DNA of 37,799 nt from a virus. Lineage: Duplodnaviria; Caudoviricetes. The stretch spans positions 1-37,799 of IMG/VR virus record IMGVR_UViG_3300025738_000009; one strand, given 5' to 3'. The notes under the pieces are model-generated. The model had not been told where the DNA came from and made no database searches. It saw only the letters and a program-made list of their open reading frames with translations. The position numbers and the translations under genes are program-made. Shown here piece by piece: positions 8,680-17,049 of the stretch (its first letter is position 1; every line of letters begins with the position of its first letter).

Positions 8680-9306
8680 TTATAGTGAGAAATATTGAAA
8701 TCCTATGACTTTTCCTTTCACATCTGGATAGTCTTGGAGTATTTCAAAGGGGAAGCGAGGATTTAGATAATTAAGGATGTGTCTGCGGCCGTCAGTTTCA
8801 TACCGTGCGATCACGAGTGTTTCATCGATTCTGAATACATAATCAGAGCCAACTTCTAATGAATCACAAGGCGCAACAATAACATGCCCGCCCTGATAAT
8901 AGCTGACCCCATTGGGGCTTTCCATTGACGTGTTTGTTATCTTAACTGCGTATGAATTAGCCGGAACATTACTAGGTGTGGGGATAACATCCTTAGTCCT
9001 ATCACCAGCCTGATTCCTTATGACTGTTGACCTGTGGCCTATCTCGTCGGCTTCTTCACCACCTTCCGCTTCACGTTGCATATCTGTAAACGTAATATCT
9101 AAAGCATTAGCGATCGCATTCAAAATTCGAAATGAAACATCTTTCGGCTTGCTTTCCAACTGAGATAAATAACCGTTCTGGAGTTCATAGTCAGTAGCCG
9201 CGCACAGGTCTTCCTGCGTCATGCCACGACGTATCCGATGACGCTTAATTGTTGGGCCAAAATCAGTAAATTTCTTCATGTATGTATTTTTACCCCACTT
9301 AGCCAT
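8680..9306 (-). CDS. cI: cI-like prophage repressor (HTH + S24 peptidase-like domain)
   Basis: N-terminal XRE HTH (IKRHRIRRGMTQEDL...YLSQLE); C-terminal YAVKITNTSMES...G.HVIV...LNYLNPRFP; start at 9306 or 9279. Confidence 0.9.
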   Translation of the reverse strand: MAKWGKNTYMKKFTDFGPTIKRHRIRRGMTQEDLCAATDYELQNGYLSQLESKPKDVSFRILNAIANALDITFTDMQREAEGGEEADEIGHRSTVIRNQAGDRTKDVIPTPSNVPANSYAVKITNTSMESPNGVSYYQGGHVIVAPCDSLEVGSDYVFRIDETLVIARYETDGRRHILNYLNPRFPFEILQDYPDVKGKVIGFQYFSL

Positions 9307-9337
9307 TCTCTTTCTCGTTAAAAGTTGCAAGATAATT

Positions 9338-9349
9338 TAACTATAGTTA
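9338..9349. promoter_or_regulatory. 12-bp palindrome in the immunity region, candidate operator
   Basis: TAACTATAGTTA between divergent cI and early operon. Confidence 0.35.
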
Positions 9350-9441
9350 GAATACAGGACGTATTTTGCTCAACAGAGCGAATAAGTTCCTAGTTTGGGT
9401 AATTAGGGATGAAAGACAACTGATAAGGGGTTATCGGTATC

Positions 9442-10035
9442 ATGAAAAGAGAAGATCAGATCATTATTGGTGCGACGCGAGATTACTTGCAGCATTCAAA
9501 TGACACACAAAGAACATTTGCAGAAACAAAGCTTTATCCGCTTCTAGAAGAAGACGGGTGCATTTTGGCGCGTACGCCTCGCACGATCGATGACTATTCA
9601 AAACGCATCGCGAATATGCAAAACCAATTTACTCGAGTAATGAATGAAACCTTGTTGTTTCCGCTAGCGTGGAAATGGTCATGGGTGCATGCGTTGCCAG
9701 ACCCATTTCAAACTCGTTGTATTCAAGAACTGAACTCATTAAATCCATCGGTGACGCCAAGCGCTCACGGTGAGAGCACCACAAGCGATCTCGCCCGTTT
9801 TTGTGTTGAAGCTGGTGAAGCTATTGCCGCATTGACGATTATTGCAGCTGATGGATCGTATGACGGCCATGATGAGGTTCGTGACGTTAAAACGGCATTG
9901 AATGAGCTGTATGACGTTAGAGATCATGCCCAGTCAACTATTTCACAGATAGAAAAAGCCACAGGTGTTCGTGTGGTTCGTTCTGAAAAATCGCGTGGCA
10001 TGACGATCACGCAAACCACCACTGTCGAATCTTAG
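9442..10035 (+). CDS. phage regulatory protein (CII/YmfL-like, tentative)
   Basis: First gene divergent from cI; RBS AAGGGG; FPLAWKWSWVHALP and helical C-terminus reminiscent of CII-like regulators. Confidence 0.5.
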   Translation: MKREDQIIIGATRDYLQHSNDTQRTFAETKLYPLLEEDGCILARTPRTIDDYSKRIANMQNQFTRVMNETLLFPLAWKWSWVHALPDPFQTRCIQELNSLNPSVTPSAHGESTTSDLARFCVEAGEAIAALTIIAADGSYDGHDEVRDVKTALNELYDVRDHAQSTISQIEKATGVRVVRSEKSRGMTITQTTTVES

Positions 10036-10048
10036 TCGAGACTAAACC

Positions 10049-10696
10049 ATGGAATGGACTTCTGATAACCAAAATACGCGCAAGTGTGAAGTACGGTCAG
10101 CGATTAATGACGCGTATACAGAATTGCTTGAGTCGGGTAAATCGTTTGATTACAGCGATATTCGCGTTCAAACCAGTGTCCCGACTTCTGCACCCATTCC
10201 AAAGTGTGTTCGATTAGAAGAAACCGAAATCATTCGTGTGATCCGTGTATTACAGCCAGCCGAGTCTGCCTGGTTACGTTATTGCTATGGCGCCACTGAA
10301 AGCCGTGGTGGTTCACGATCGATGATGGATGAGTGGCAAGACATTGAAACCATATCCAAATGGTTATGGAAACAGCATTTAAGCACCCTAGAGAAGCCAT
10401 TAACGGCAGAGCGCCATAAACGCTTAATGGGTTTTGTATTACCAGCCTTACAGCAAATACAACGTGAAATGAACACAGGCGATCGCTTGTACACCATCAC
10501 TCGTTTGTTAGAGCTTACCGCTGGCACGGTTGGCGCGACTGAAAATTGCTGGAAACGCGACTGGCATCCGCATTGGAAATCGTTGTGCGCCCTACTTCGC
10601 AAACTAGACCATGAGTCGTTGTTGTTTTGCATTAGCGCACTGAATACAGATCAAAAACGCAAACACGCAAATACGTTAATACGCGAAACCGCATAG
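10049..10696 (+). CDS. antitermination protein Q-like
   Basis: AWLRYCYG and C-terminal WKRDWHPHWKSL...LDHESL pattern; position as Q in N15-like phages; matching promoter-terminator at 14741-14844. Confidence 0.75.
   Translation: MEWTSDNQNTRKCEVRSAINDAYTELLESGKSFDYSDIRVQTSVPTSAPIPKCVRLEETEIIRVIRVLQPAESAWLRYCYGATESRGGSRSMMDEWQDIETISKWLWKQHLSTLEKPLTAERHKRLMGFVLPALQQIQREMNTGDRLYTITRLLELTAGTVGATENCWKRDWHPHWKSLCALLRKLDHESLLFCISALNTDQKRKHANTLIRETA
10655..10694. repeat. 8-bp-period octamer array (5 units)
   Basis: AAACGCAA ACACGCAA ATACGTTA ATACGCGA AACCGCAT; CG at 10658,66,74,82,90. Confidence 0.85.
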
Positions 10697-10704
10697 GAAA
10701 TATT

Positions 10705-11112
10705 ATGACTACTTCAAATACAAATACAAAAACAGCACCACTAGGCTGGGTTGCTTCAGATCTTAATGCTATGTCTGAATTGGTTCATCAGCAAAATGTT
10801 GATGCAGGATGGTGGCACGATATTGAAACAGGTGAGCCGCTTGAGCGTAATAAAGGCGAGTTGCTTTGCTTGGTTCACAGTGAGATCAGCGAAGCGATGG
10901 AAGGTGTTCGCAAGAACTTGATGGATGATAAGTTGCCGCATCGTCAAATGGTTGAAGTCGAGTTGGCCGATGCAATTATCCGTATTCTCGATTTTGCCGG
11001 TGGTTTTGGTTTGGATGTCGGTGGCGCGATGGTTGAGAAGATGGCGTTTAATCAGTCCCGCGCTGATCATAAACCAGAGAATAGAAGAAAGGACGACGGT
11101 AAAAAGTTCTAG
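10705..11112 (+). CDS. MazG-like NTP pyrophosphohydrolase
   Basis: LVHSEISEAMEG...EVELADAIIRILD (ExxE...ExxD). Confidence 0.85.
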   Translation: MTTSNTNTKTAPLGWVASDLNAMSELVHQQNVDAGWWHDIETGEPLERNKGELLCLVHSEISEAMEGVRKNLMDDKLPHRQMVEVELADAIIRILDFAGGFGLDVGGAMVEKMAFNQSRADHKPENRRKDDGKKF

Positions 11113-11118
11113 CTATGA

Positions 11119-11158
11119 ATGCGGTTTTACGCGAAACCGCATAAACGCAAAACCGTAT
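11119..11158. repeat. 8-bp-period octamer array (5 units)
   Basis: ATGCGGTT TTACGCGA AACCGCAT AAACGCAA AACCGTAT; CG at 11122,30,38,46,54. Confidence 0.85.
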
Positions 11159-11178
11159 TTAATAACAGGGAAGCTATC

Positions 11179-12573
11179 ATGCTCTTCAAGAAAATAACCG
11201 CTTTAAACATCGAGATGCCAAAGGATGAATTCAGCCATCCTATCCCGTTAAACCATCAGGTTTGGCGCGAGTCGATTCGTAATGCTGCGATGGTGCACCA
11301 CTTTCGCGAGTTGACCGAACATCAGCAAACGGGCTCGGGTTGGGAAAAGCCCTTCAAGGCGTTAAACGATGAGTACACGATTCCTGAGACTGAGCAGAAT
11401 CTGATTCTTCTTTGTTATCGCTCAGATACTCGCAAGCTGTCGATGGCAGGCATTAAAGAGACTGTGAATACTAAGGTTGCATTGATAGAGCATTTTGAAA
11501 AGCGCAGTGTTCGTAAAATTGAGCGTCAGTCTTTAGAAGACGACATCGTTCAAGCCATTGTGCCATTCACGCCAGCCACGCCTTCTCGTACGTTAGTTTT
11601 GATTGATACGTTGCGCCGCTGTGTACTGATCGGATCCAGTTCAGACAAATTGGCCAGCGAAATACGCACAGAGCTGTCGAATAATATTCTTCCAGCCTTT
11701 GAAGTGAAAGACGCCACTGTTCGCCCTCGCCTATTGGTGCCAGTGTTCTGCCAGTCGTCTGCCGGTGATCACATGGTTACCTGGTTATTAGATACAGAAG
11801 AGAAGATGGCTGAAATGCCTTTCAGCATGAGCGCGGGCACTGCGGTATCGCTGCAACGTGATAAGTCGAAAAACATTGTGGTATCTGGCCAGTCGTTAGA
11901 TTGCGACACGGTTCAGAATGCGCTGCGTGATGAATATAAGCCGTTTAAATTGCCTGTGTCGATTATGAAAGGCGATATCCCGATGGGTGATATTACGCTG
12001 GACGTTCATGGCTGCTTTGATTCGATCAAGATCTCAGGCGAATTCACACCGATTGCGGCCGATGTCGATGGCAATGTTGATGATGCAGCGTTTAACCAGA
12101 TTTTAACGGATATGACGCTAACCAGTTTGAACTATCACTACGTTGCTGGGGTTGTGCATGATGCGTTTGGTACGTTGCCGTTTGGCTGTGCCTCGGATCG
12201 TTTGCATGAAGTGTTGGATTCGTTAGGTGCATCGATTGAGTTGAATCGCCCTGAGAAGGTTGATTTGGATACGCCACAGGTTGCGCCTGAAGTTCGTGGT
12301 GAGTCGCACTTAAAGAAGGGCGTTGATTTGATTGAGATCAACGCCCGCGCTTTTGATGGTGAGGATGGCGTTGATAAGTTGTTTCAGGAGGCAGTAGATT
12401 TTGTAAATGAAACGGGCAAGGTCAGCATATCAGCTATTCAGCGTAAGTTGCGAACTGGGTATAACCGCTCTGCTCGTATCGTTGAGCAGTTGGCAGAACG
12501 GGGTTATGTCTCTGAGCCCGCTCACAACGGCACGCGCAGCGTATTGGGAAAGGCTGATAGCGCAACCGCATAA
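11179..12573 (+). CDS. RdgC-like protein fused to a C-terminal FtsK gamma domain
   Basis: N-terminus MLFKKIT, GSGW..PF, EKRSVRKIERQSLEDDI (RdgC-like); C-terminus DKLFQEAVDFV...SISAIQRKLRTGYNRSARIVEQL..RGYVS (FtsK gamma). Confidence 0.8.
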   Translation: MLFKKITALNIEMPKDEFSHPIPLNHQVWRESIRNAAMVHHFRELTEHQQTGSGWEKPFKALNDEYTIPETEQNLILLCYRSDTRKLSMAGIKETVNTKVALIEHFEKRSVRKIERQSLEDDIVQAIVPFTPATPSRTLVLIDTLRRCVLIGSSSDKLASEIRTELSNNILPAFEVKDATVRPRLLVPVFCQSSAGDHMVTWLLDTEEKMAEMPFSMSAGTAVSLQRDKSKNIVVSGQSLDCDTVQNALRDEYKPFKLPVSIMKGDIPMGDITLDVHGCFDSIKISGEFTPIAADVDGNVDDAAFNQILTDMTLTSLNYHYVAGVVHDAFGTLPFGCASDRLHEVLDSLGASIELNRPEKVDLDTPQVAPEVRGESHLKKGVDLIEINARAFDGEDGVDKLFQEAVDFVNETGKVSISAIQRKLRTGYNRSARIVEQLAERGYVSEPAHNGTRSVLGKADSATA

Positions 12574-12627
12574 ACGCAAACACGCGAAAACGGTTAACCG
12601 CTTTCGCGTAAATACTTAAACACGGAT
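12564..12627. repeat. 8-bp-period octamer array (8 units, one CT variant)
   Basis: CG at 12567,75,83,91,99,12607,12623 and CT at 12615. Confidence 0.85.
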
Positions 12628-12639
12628 AGGGTATCCATC

Positions 12640-13218
12640 ATGGCTTCAATGAATAAGATAATGTTAATGGGCACGTTAGGTCGTGATCCTGAAATCAAGT
12701 TTTTACCGGGTGGCGATAAAGTCGCGAATATTAGCCTTGCCACCGATGAAAGCTACAAAGATAAGAATACAGGTCAGAAGGTCGAAGTGACTGAGTGGCA
12801 TAGTATTACTGTATTTGGCGGTTTGTGTGATGTGATCGAGAAGTATTTGAAAAAGGGCTCTCGTGCGTATTTTGAAGGTAAGAATAAAACCGAGAAGTAC
12901 GAAAAAGACGGTATCACTCGTTATTCAACGAAGGTAATCGCTAAAGAAATGAAAATGCTTGATCGTGCACCATCTAATAACGATATAGGTTCACCAGGTA
13001 ATCAATCCCCTGCTCAGCAACCAGCCCAACAGCCACAGCGTGAATTAGGCCAGTCGCCTACTAAACGAGGCGTTCAGAATGAAATGGGCTATTGGTACGG
13101 CGATTATCATGAGTGCCATGATGTAATTATTCAGCGTTTGCGTAATGCGGGTCTAGCAATGTGGCCATGCGGTGCAACGGTTCCTGCTAATGCGTGGAAT
13201 ATAGAAGGTTTTCGCTAA
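12640..13218 (+). CDS. ssb: single-stranded DNA-binding protein
   Basis: MNKIMLMGTLGRDPE...SLATDESYKDKNTG...TEWH...YLKKGS OB-fold motifs. Confidence 0.95.
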   Translation: MASMNKIMLMGTLGRDPEIKFLPGGDKVANISLATDESYKDKNTGQKVEVTEWHSITVFGGLCDVIEKYLKKGSRAYFEGKNKTEKYEKDGITRYSTKVIAKEMKMLDRAPSNNDIGSPGNQSPAQQPAQQPQRELGQSPTKRGVQNEMGYWYGDYHECHDVIIQRLRNAGLAMWPCGATVPANAWNIEGFR

Positions 13219-13451
13219 TGTCTGAGCCAGTTGCTGAAATCGATAACGATCGTAATGAGTTAGAGAATACGATTACTGAGGCCCGAGAAACTTGGCAGTA
13301 TGCAGTAAAGCATTCTGGTTACTCGCCTCAGATGTATTTAGTTGTTAGTGAAGCCGCAAAGCGCCTTGTTAATGATTTTAGACAGGTTCAGCAGTTGGCT
13401 CATCAGTTTTATGGAATTGTGGTACCGGATTTGGAAGGGAGTTATTCGTGA
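13218..13451 (+). CDS. hypothetical protein
   Basis: TAATG overlap with ssb stop; starts MSEPVAE. Confidence 0.65.
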   Translation: MSEPVAEIDNDRNELENTITEARETWQYAVKHSGYSPQMYLVVSEAAKRLVNDFRQVQQLAHQFYGIVVPDLEGSYS

Positions 13452-13930
13452 ATATATCAGAGCAGTTAAAAGTAAAACTTAATGAGCGTTTGTGTGAGTT
13501 GTCGGGCGGCCGAGAAAAGGAAGGGGTATATTCATCAGAATTCTGTTCGGGTGTTGATCATGGGACATGGGCGTTGATGGATGTGATCGATGACTTTTTT
13601 CAGGGTCGTGGAGGCATGAAAGGTTATTTAGAGCTTTTGGGTGAATCTCAGTTAAAACATGCGGTTCGTATTTCATCTGCGCTTTTAAAAGAGATAGAGG
13701 ATCAGGATAAAGTTCGTATTTTCTCTACATCTGAGGGGAAGCACTGGTTTACAGAAGAGCGCCAAGCAAGACAGGAAATCAAAGATCAGATTGCGAAGAT
13801 GGATATTGATAAAGAATATGATGAAACAGATTACATGATTCATCGATCATCAGTCCGAGAGTCCAGTCTTCACGAGTATCTAGATCCTAAAGATAAAAGA
13901 TTGAATCCAGATAATAACGAGGCTGAATAA
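13448..13930 (+). CDS. hypothetical protein
   Basis: GTGA overlap, RBS GGGAG. Confidence 0.65.
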   Translation: MNISEQLKVKLNERLCELSGGREKEGVYSSEFCSGVDHGTWALMDVIDDFFQGRGGMKGYLELLGESQLKHAVRISSALLKEIEDQDKVRIFSTSEGKHWFTEERQARQEIKDQIAKMDIDKEYDETDYMIHRSSVRESSLHEYLDPKDKRLNPDNNEAE

Positions 13931-14542
13931 ATGTCGGTATTAGCAGGGAAAGTGGTGGTATTTAACGGACCCCCGGGCAGTGGGAAAGATACGCTGGGTA
14001 AGTTCATTATGGGTGCGACTCAAGCGAAGCACATGGAATTTAAGCGCCATCTAATTAAGTTAGCGCTAATGATTTCAGGAGTATCGAGTTCTGATTGGGA
14101 TTTCTGGTACCGAGAAGATAAGGAACAGCCTCATAATGATTTGGGTGGCCATAGCTGTCGATCGTTCTTGATTATGGTTAGTGAGGAAATGATTAAGCCT
14201 CACATGGGTAGCGACTATTTTGGTTTAGCGGCCGCAACTGAATTAGATATGTATTTGCCAGGTCATGGCGTTGTATTCACTGACTCGGGCTTTTCTGCTG
14301 AGTTGCAGTGTGTTGTGAATGTAGCCGGTGCCGACAATGTGATTGTGGTGCAGTTGGTTCGTGATGGAACTGATTTCAGCAAGGATAGCCGCACGTATTT
14401 AAGTCCTGGTGATTTTCCAGAGGTGACGTTTTTGGCTCAGAATAACAATGGCCCTGCAGAAGAAGTGGCTGCTGAGTTGATGGGTCTCTTGCGATTAACA
14501 GTCGATCTATCCGCGAAACCGCAAACACGTGAAACCGTATAA
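13931..14542 (+). CDS. deoxynucleoside monophosphate kinase-like P-loop protein
   Basis: GPPGSGKDT P-loop, R.FLI.VSE..IKP..G, VVFTDSGF..E, DSR. Confidence 0.8.
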   Translation: MSVLAGKVVVFNGPPGSGKDTLGKFIMGATQAKHMEFKRHLIKLALMISGVSSSDWDFWYREDKEQPHNDLGGHSCRSFLIMVSEEMIKPHMGSDYFGLAAATELDMYLPGHGVVFTDSGFSAELQCVVNVAGADNVIVVQLVRDGTDFSKDSRTYLSPGDFPEVTFLAQNNNGPAEEVAAELMGLLRLTVDLSAKPQTRETV

Positions 14543-14548
14543 GCGTAT
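14509..14548. repeat. 8-bp-period octamer array (5 units)
   Basis: ATCCGCGA AACCGCAA ACACGTGA AACCGTAT AAGCGTAT; CG at 14512,20,28,36,44. Confidence 0.85.
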
Positions 14549-14565
14549 AGGTGTAAGGAGGGTGA

Positions 14566-14733
14566 ATGCTTAATTATTTTCTAGGTGGTTATGCTTGGTA
14601 CCGTCGATGGGCTGGCGGTCATTGGGTATATTGGCATTTCATCGGATGGAGGAAGGTTTTAGGACCTAGATTTCATGAAGTCCTCATGGAGCGTGGTGCT
14701 CGGCCAGATTGGTCGTTTGAGAATTGGTCTTAA
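14566..14733 (+). CDS. unannotated 55-aa Trp-rich small protein
   Basis: Strong RBS AAGGAGGG; MLNYFLGGYAWYRRWAGGHWVYWHFIGWRKVLGPRFHEVLMERGARPDWSFENWS. Confidence 0.7.
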   Translation: MLNYFLGGYAWYRRWAGGHWVYWHFIGWRKVLGPRFHEVLMERGARPDWSFENWS

Positions 14734-14740
14734 CTAATGT

Positions 14741-14768
14741 TTGACATGCCCCTATAAATCCGTATTAT
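14741..14768 (+). promoter_or_regulatory. late promoter (PR'-like)
   Basis: TTGACA-16 nt-TATTAT upstream of lysis genes, followed by a terminator. Confidence 0.7.
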
Positions 14769-14817
14769 CTACCACACTGAATGATTTTGCGTTTACGCGT
14801 AATACGTTAAGAATTTC

Positions 14818-14844
14818 AAAAGCCTGCCTAGCGCGGGTTTTTTT
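14818..14844 (+). terminator. intrinsic terminator (tR'-like)
   Basis: AAAAGCCTGC-CTAGC-GCGGG-T7. Confidence 0.75.
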
Positions 14845-15028
14845 GTGCCTGGAGAAAAGTGCGATGCTCTAATTTCGGTTTGATCGTTGTCGGATGTCAT
14901 GACGCATCTGTTACCAGTTAGTTCATCATGTGATTGTGACGTTCCCCGCATGAGTCCGTTAGGAAGGGGTGAGGTTGGTTTGGCGAACCATTAATGCGTA
15001 AATTAGCCTAGAGAAATATATTTTTAAT

Positions 15029-15055
15029 AGCCTGACCTTCGAGTCGGGCTTTTTT
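15029..15055 (+). terminator. second intrinsic terminator before holin
   Basis: AGCCTGAC-CTTCGA-GTCGGGC-T6. Confidence 0.75.
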
Positions 15056-15077
15056 ATATCCGCAATTTGGTGACCTT

Positions 15078-15377
15078 ATGCCTGAAAAGACACTGCCTTT
15101 TTGGGGCGAACTAAACCTATACATCACGATGATGATTTTCGGATTGGTTTTATTCGCGTCTAAGTTAGTTGGCAACGAGCCAATTAACCCAAAGCGTTTG
15201 ACCGGGGAACTGATTTTATCGTTTGTCGGTGCTGCTCTTTTCCATGCGTTGGGGCTTATGAAAGGCCTGACTGGTCCAGAATATTGGGTGCTGATTTTCC
15301 TAGCAGCCCTTGGCGGCCTTCGTTCTGTCGAACACATCATTCGTTTATTCATCGCCCTAAAGAAGATTTCATTGTGA
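15078..15377 (+). CDS. putative holin
   Basis: 99 aa, three hydrophobic segments, basic C-terminus, precedes the endolysin candidate. Confidence 0.7.
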   Translation: MPEKTLPFWGELNLYITMMIFGLVLFASKLVGNEPINPKRLTGELILSFVGAALFHALGLMKGLTGPEYWVLIFLAALGGLRSVEHIIRLFIALKKISL

Positions 15378-15865
15378 TTGATCCTAATGTGTTTCGTGAA
15401 ACGATAATTCGCCCAGTTCTGTTGGCTTCTGGTACTCACAGCATTGCTGCTGAAGAGATGTTGCTTGCGATCGTGGCGCATGAGTCGGATATGGGCCGTT
15501 ATTCGGTTCAGGGCGGCATTGCTGCTGATCGTGCTGCGCAAGGCTTCTTTATGGTTGAGAAACCAACAGAGCAAGATACTTGGAAGACTTATTTAGAACG
15601 TAGGCCACGATTTAAGGCGTACGCATTAGAGCTGTTAAAGCTTTGTCCTGGTGCAGTTGAGCCTCTTCGAGAGAATCCATTGTATGCCTGCTTTATTGCG
15701 CGCATGAAGTTGTGGCGCAACCCAGCACCATTACCTGCTGCTGATGACATTACAGGGATCGCCCATTATTGGTTCGATCACTACAACGGATCGCCAGAAG
15801 ATGAGCGTGAAGCAAAGGTTGCGGAATTCATCCGTGATTATAAATTATTCGTAACAAAGGATTGA
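15374..15865 (+). CDS. putative endolysin (lysozyme/transglycosylase-like)
   Basis: GTG start overlapping holin stop; AHES catalytic-Glu-like motif, AQGFFMVE, AHYWFDHYN. Confidence 0.7.
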   Translation: MIDPNVFRETIIRPVLLASGTHSIAAEEMLLAIVAHESDMGRYSVQGGIAADRAAQGFFMVEKPTEQDTWKTYLERRPRFKAYALELLKLCPGAVEPLRENPLYACFIARMKLWRNPAPLPAADDITGIAHYWFDHYNGSPEDEREAKVAEFIRDYKLFVTKD

Positions 15866-16368
15866 TCATGAAAAAGATTATGTGTTTTCTGGGCTGTGCA
15901 TTCGCATTGATGGCCTGTTCGCCAGCGTTTAGCGCTGTGCCAGTCATTGACCAGGTTACTGATTCAGTAGCTCAGGTGGTTGTTGCTACTACTGCAGCGG
16001 TTGATGTTGTGGATTCTGCTGCAGCTACGACGATCGAATCAACGGTGGTTGATTGGTTACGATCGCGACTCAATGCCTTTCTTGATGGCTATCCGAATAT
16101 TGGTGCGTTCTTGTTGTTGCTAACCGCATCGATGCCTGTGCTCGCATTGCTTGCTAATAAGACGGCTAACCCGACTGATGATTGGGTATTGATCTTGATT
16201 AATAAGATCTTGCAGACACTGACGTATAACACGTCGACCAATCAGCCCAACGTATTGAGCTGGAAAGATATGCTAACGCATCGCCCTAGTGATTGGCCCT
16301 ATCTTGTACAAGATAAGGTGCTGAATGATACGGCTCGCTTACGACATAACGTGAGCGTATTAACCTAA
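15862..16368 (+). CDS. exported/membrane lysis accessory protein
   Basis: Signal-like N-terminus (possible lipobox LMAC), internal TM segment, third gene of the lysis cluster. Confidence 0.55.
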   Translation: MIMKKIMCFLGCAFALMACSPAFSAVPVIDQVTDSVAQVVVATTAAVDVVDSAAATTIESTVVDWLRSRLNAFLDGYPNIGAFLLLLTASMPVLALLANKTANPTDDWVLILINKILQTLTYNTSTNQPNVLSWKDMLTHRPSDWPYLVQDKVLNDTARLRHNVSVLT

Positions 16369-16487
16369 CCCACTGGCCCAGTTTCGCTGGGCTATCCCCA
16401 CAGTAGCTATAGGCTGCTGTCACTTACCAGTCGGCAGGACTACCCATCCTGTTGGCTGGTCCTTCCTTATCGAATAGGAAGGGTAGA

Positions 16488-16889
16488 GTGAAGAAGATCT
16501 GTTTAGATTTTGATGGTGTGATTCATCTTAATGCTCGGTTTGTTGCGTCGACCATCATTGAGGGTGAGCCAGTACCAGGTGTTGCTCATGCGATCGAGAG
16601 ATTACGAGAGCAGTACAACGTAGTTGTTCATTCGTGTCGATGCGCCAGCGATGGCGGTGTTGATGCGATTAAAGATTGGCTCATGCTGCACGGCATTGAG
16701 GTTGATGATGTGGTTGATTACAAACCGCTGGCTGAAGTTTATGTGGATGATCGTGCTGTTGCATTTGATGGTGACTGGGTTGCGACGCTTGATAGTATCG
16801 ATGTGTTCAAACCGTGGCATCAAGCACTCGTTGATCGCTACCACGCACACAAAACAAGATACAAAGGCTCGCATAAGCGCAGGAATTAA
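16488..16889 (+). CDS. HAD-superfamily phosphatase-like protein
   Basis: ICLDFDGVI (DxD motif I), KP.A..YVDDRA (motifs III/IV); GTG start. Confidence 0.8.
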   Translation: MKKICLDFDGVIHLNARFVASTIIEGEPVPGVAHAIERLREQYNVVVHSCRCASDGGVDAIKDWLMLHGIEVDDVVDYKPLAEVYVDDRAVAFDGDWVATLDSIDVFKPWHQALVDRYHAHKTRYKGSHKRRN

Positions 16890-16959
16890 GCCTCAGTCGT
16901 GCAAATGCAGTCGATTATCAATAATTTCAGGCTTGGCGCAATATGACCCACCCCCTATA

Positions 16960-17020
16960 TAGGTTCTCCCCCCTCGATTTGAAGCGTCGAGGGTTCGGGA
17001 GGCGCGGAGTCTGTCTAATT
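16960..17020 (+). other. candidate cos packaging region
   Basis: TAGGTTCTCC (cosQ-like) followed by GC-rich CGAGGG...GGCGCG just upstream of a Nu1/GpA-type terminase; exact cosN not determinable. Confidence 0.5.
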
Positions 17021-17049
17021 TTTTGAAATTTTTTTAATTTCGGTTCCGG

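Noticed and set aside
8440-8685. 81-aa plus-strand ORF
   Set aside because: Runs through a terminator, has no good RBS, and the region is better explained as regulatory
11119-11178. N-terminal extension of the RdgC fusion in the ORF track
   Set aside because: It is the translated octamer array; ATG 11179 has an RBS and matches RdgC-like starts
14859-14921. 20-codon leader ORF after GGAGA
   Set aside because: Too short to support without conservation or expression data
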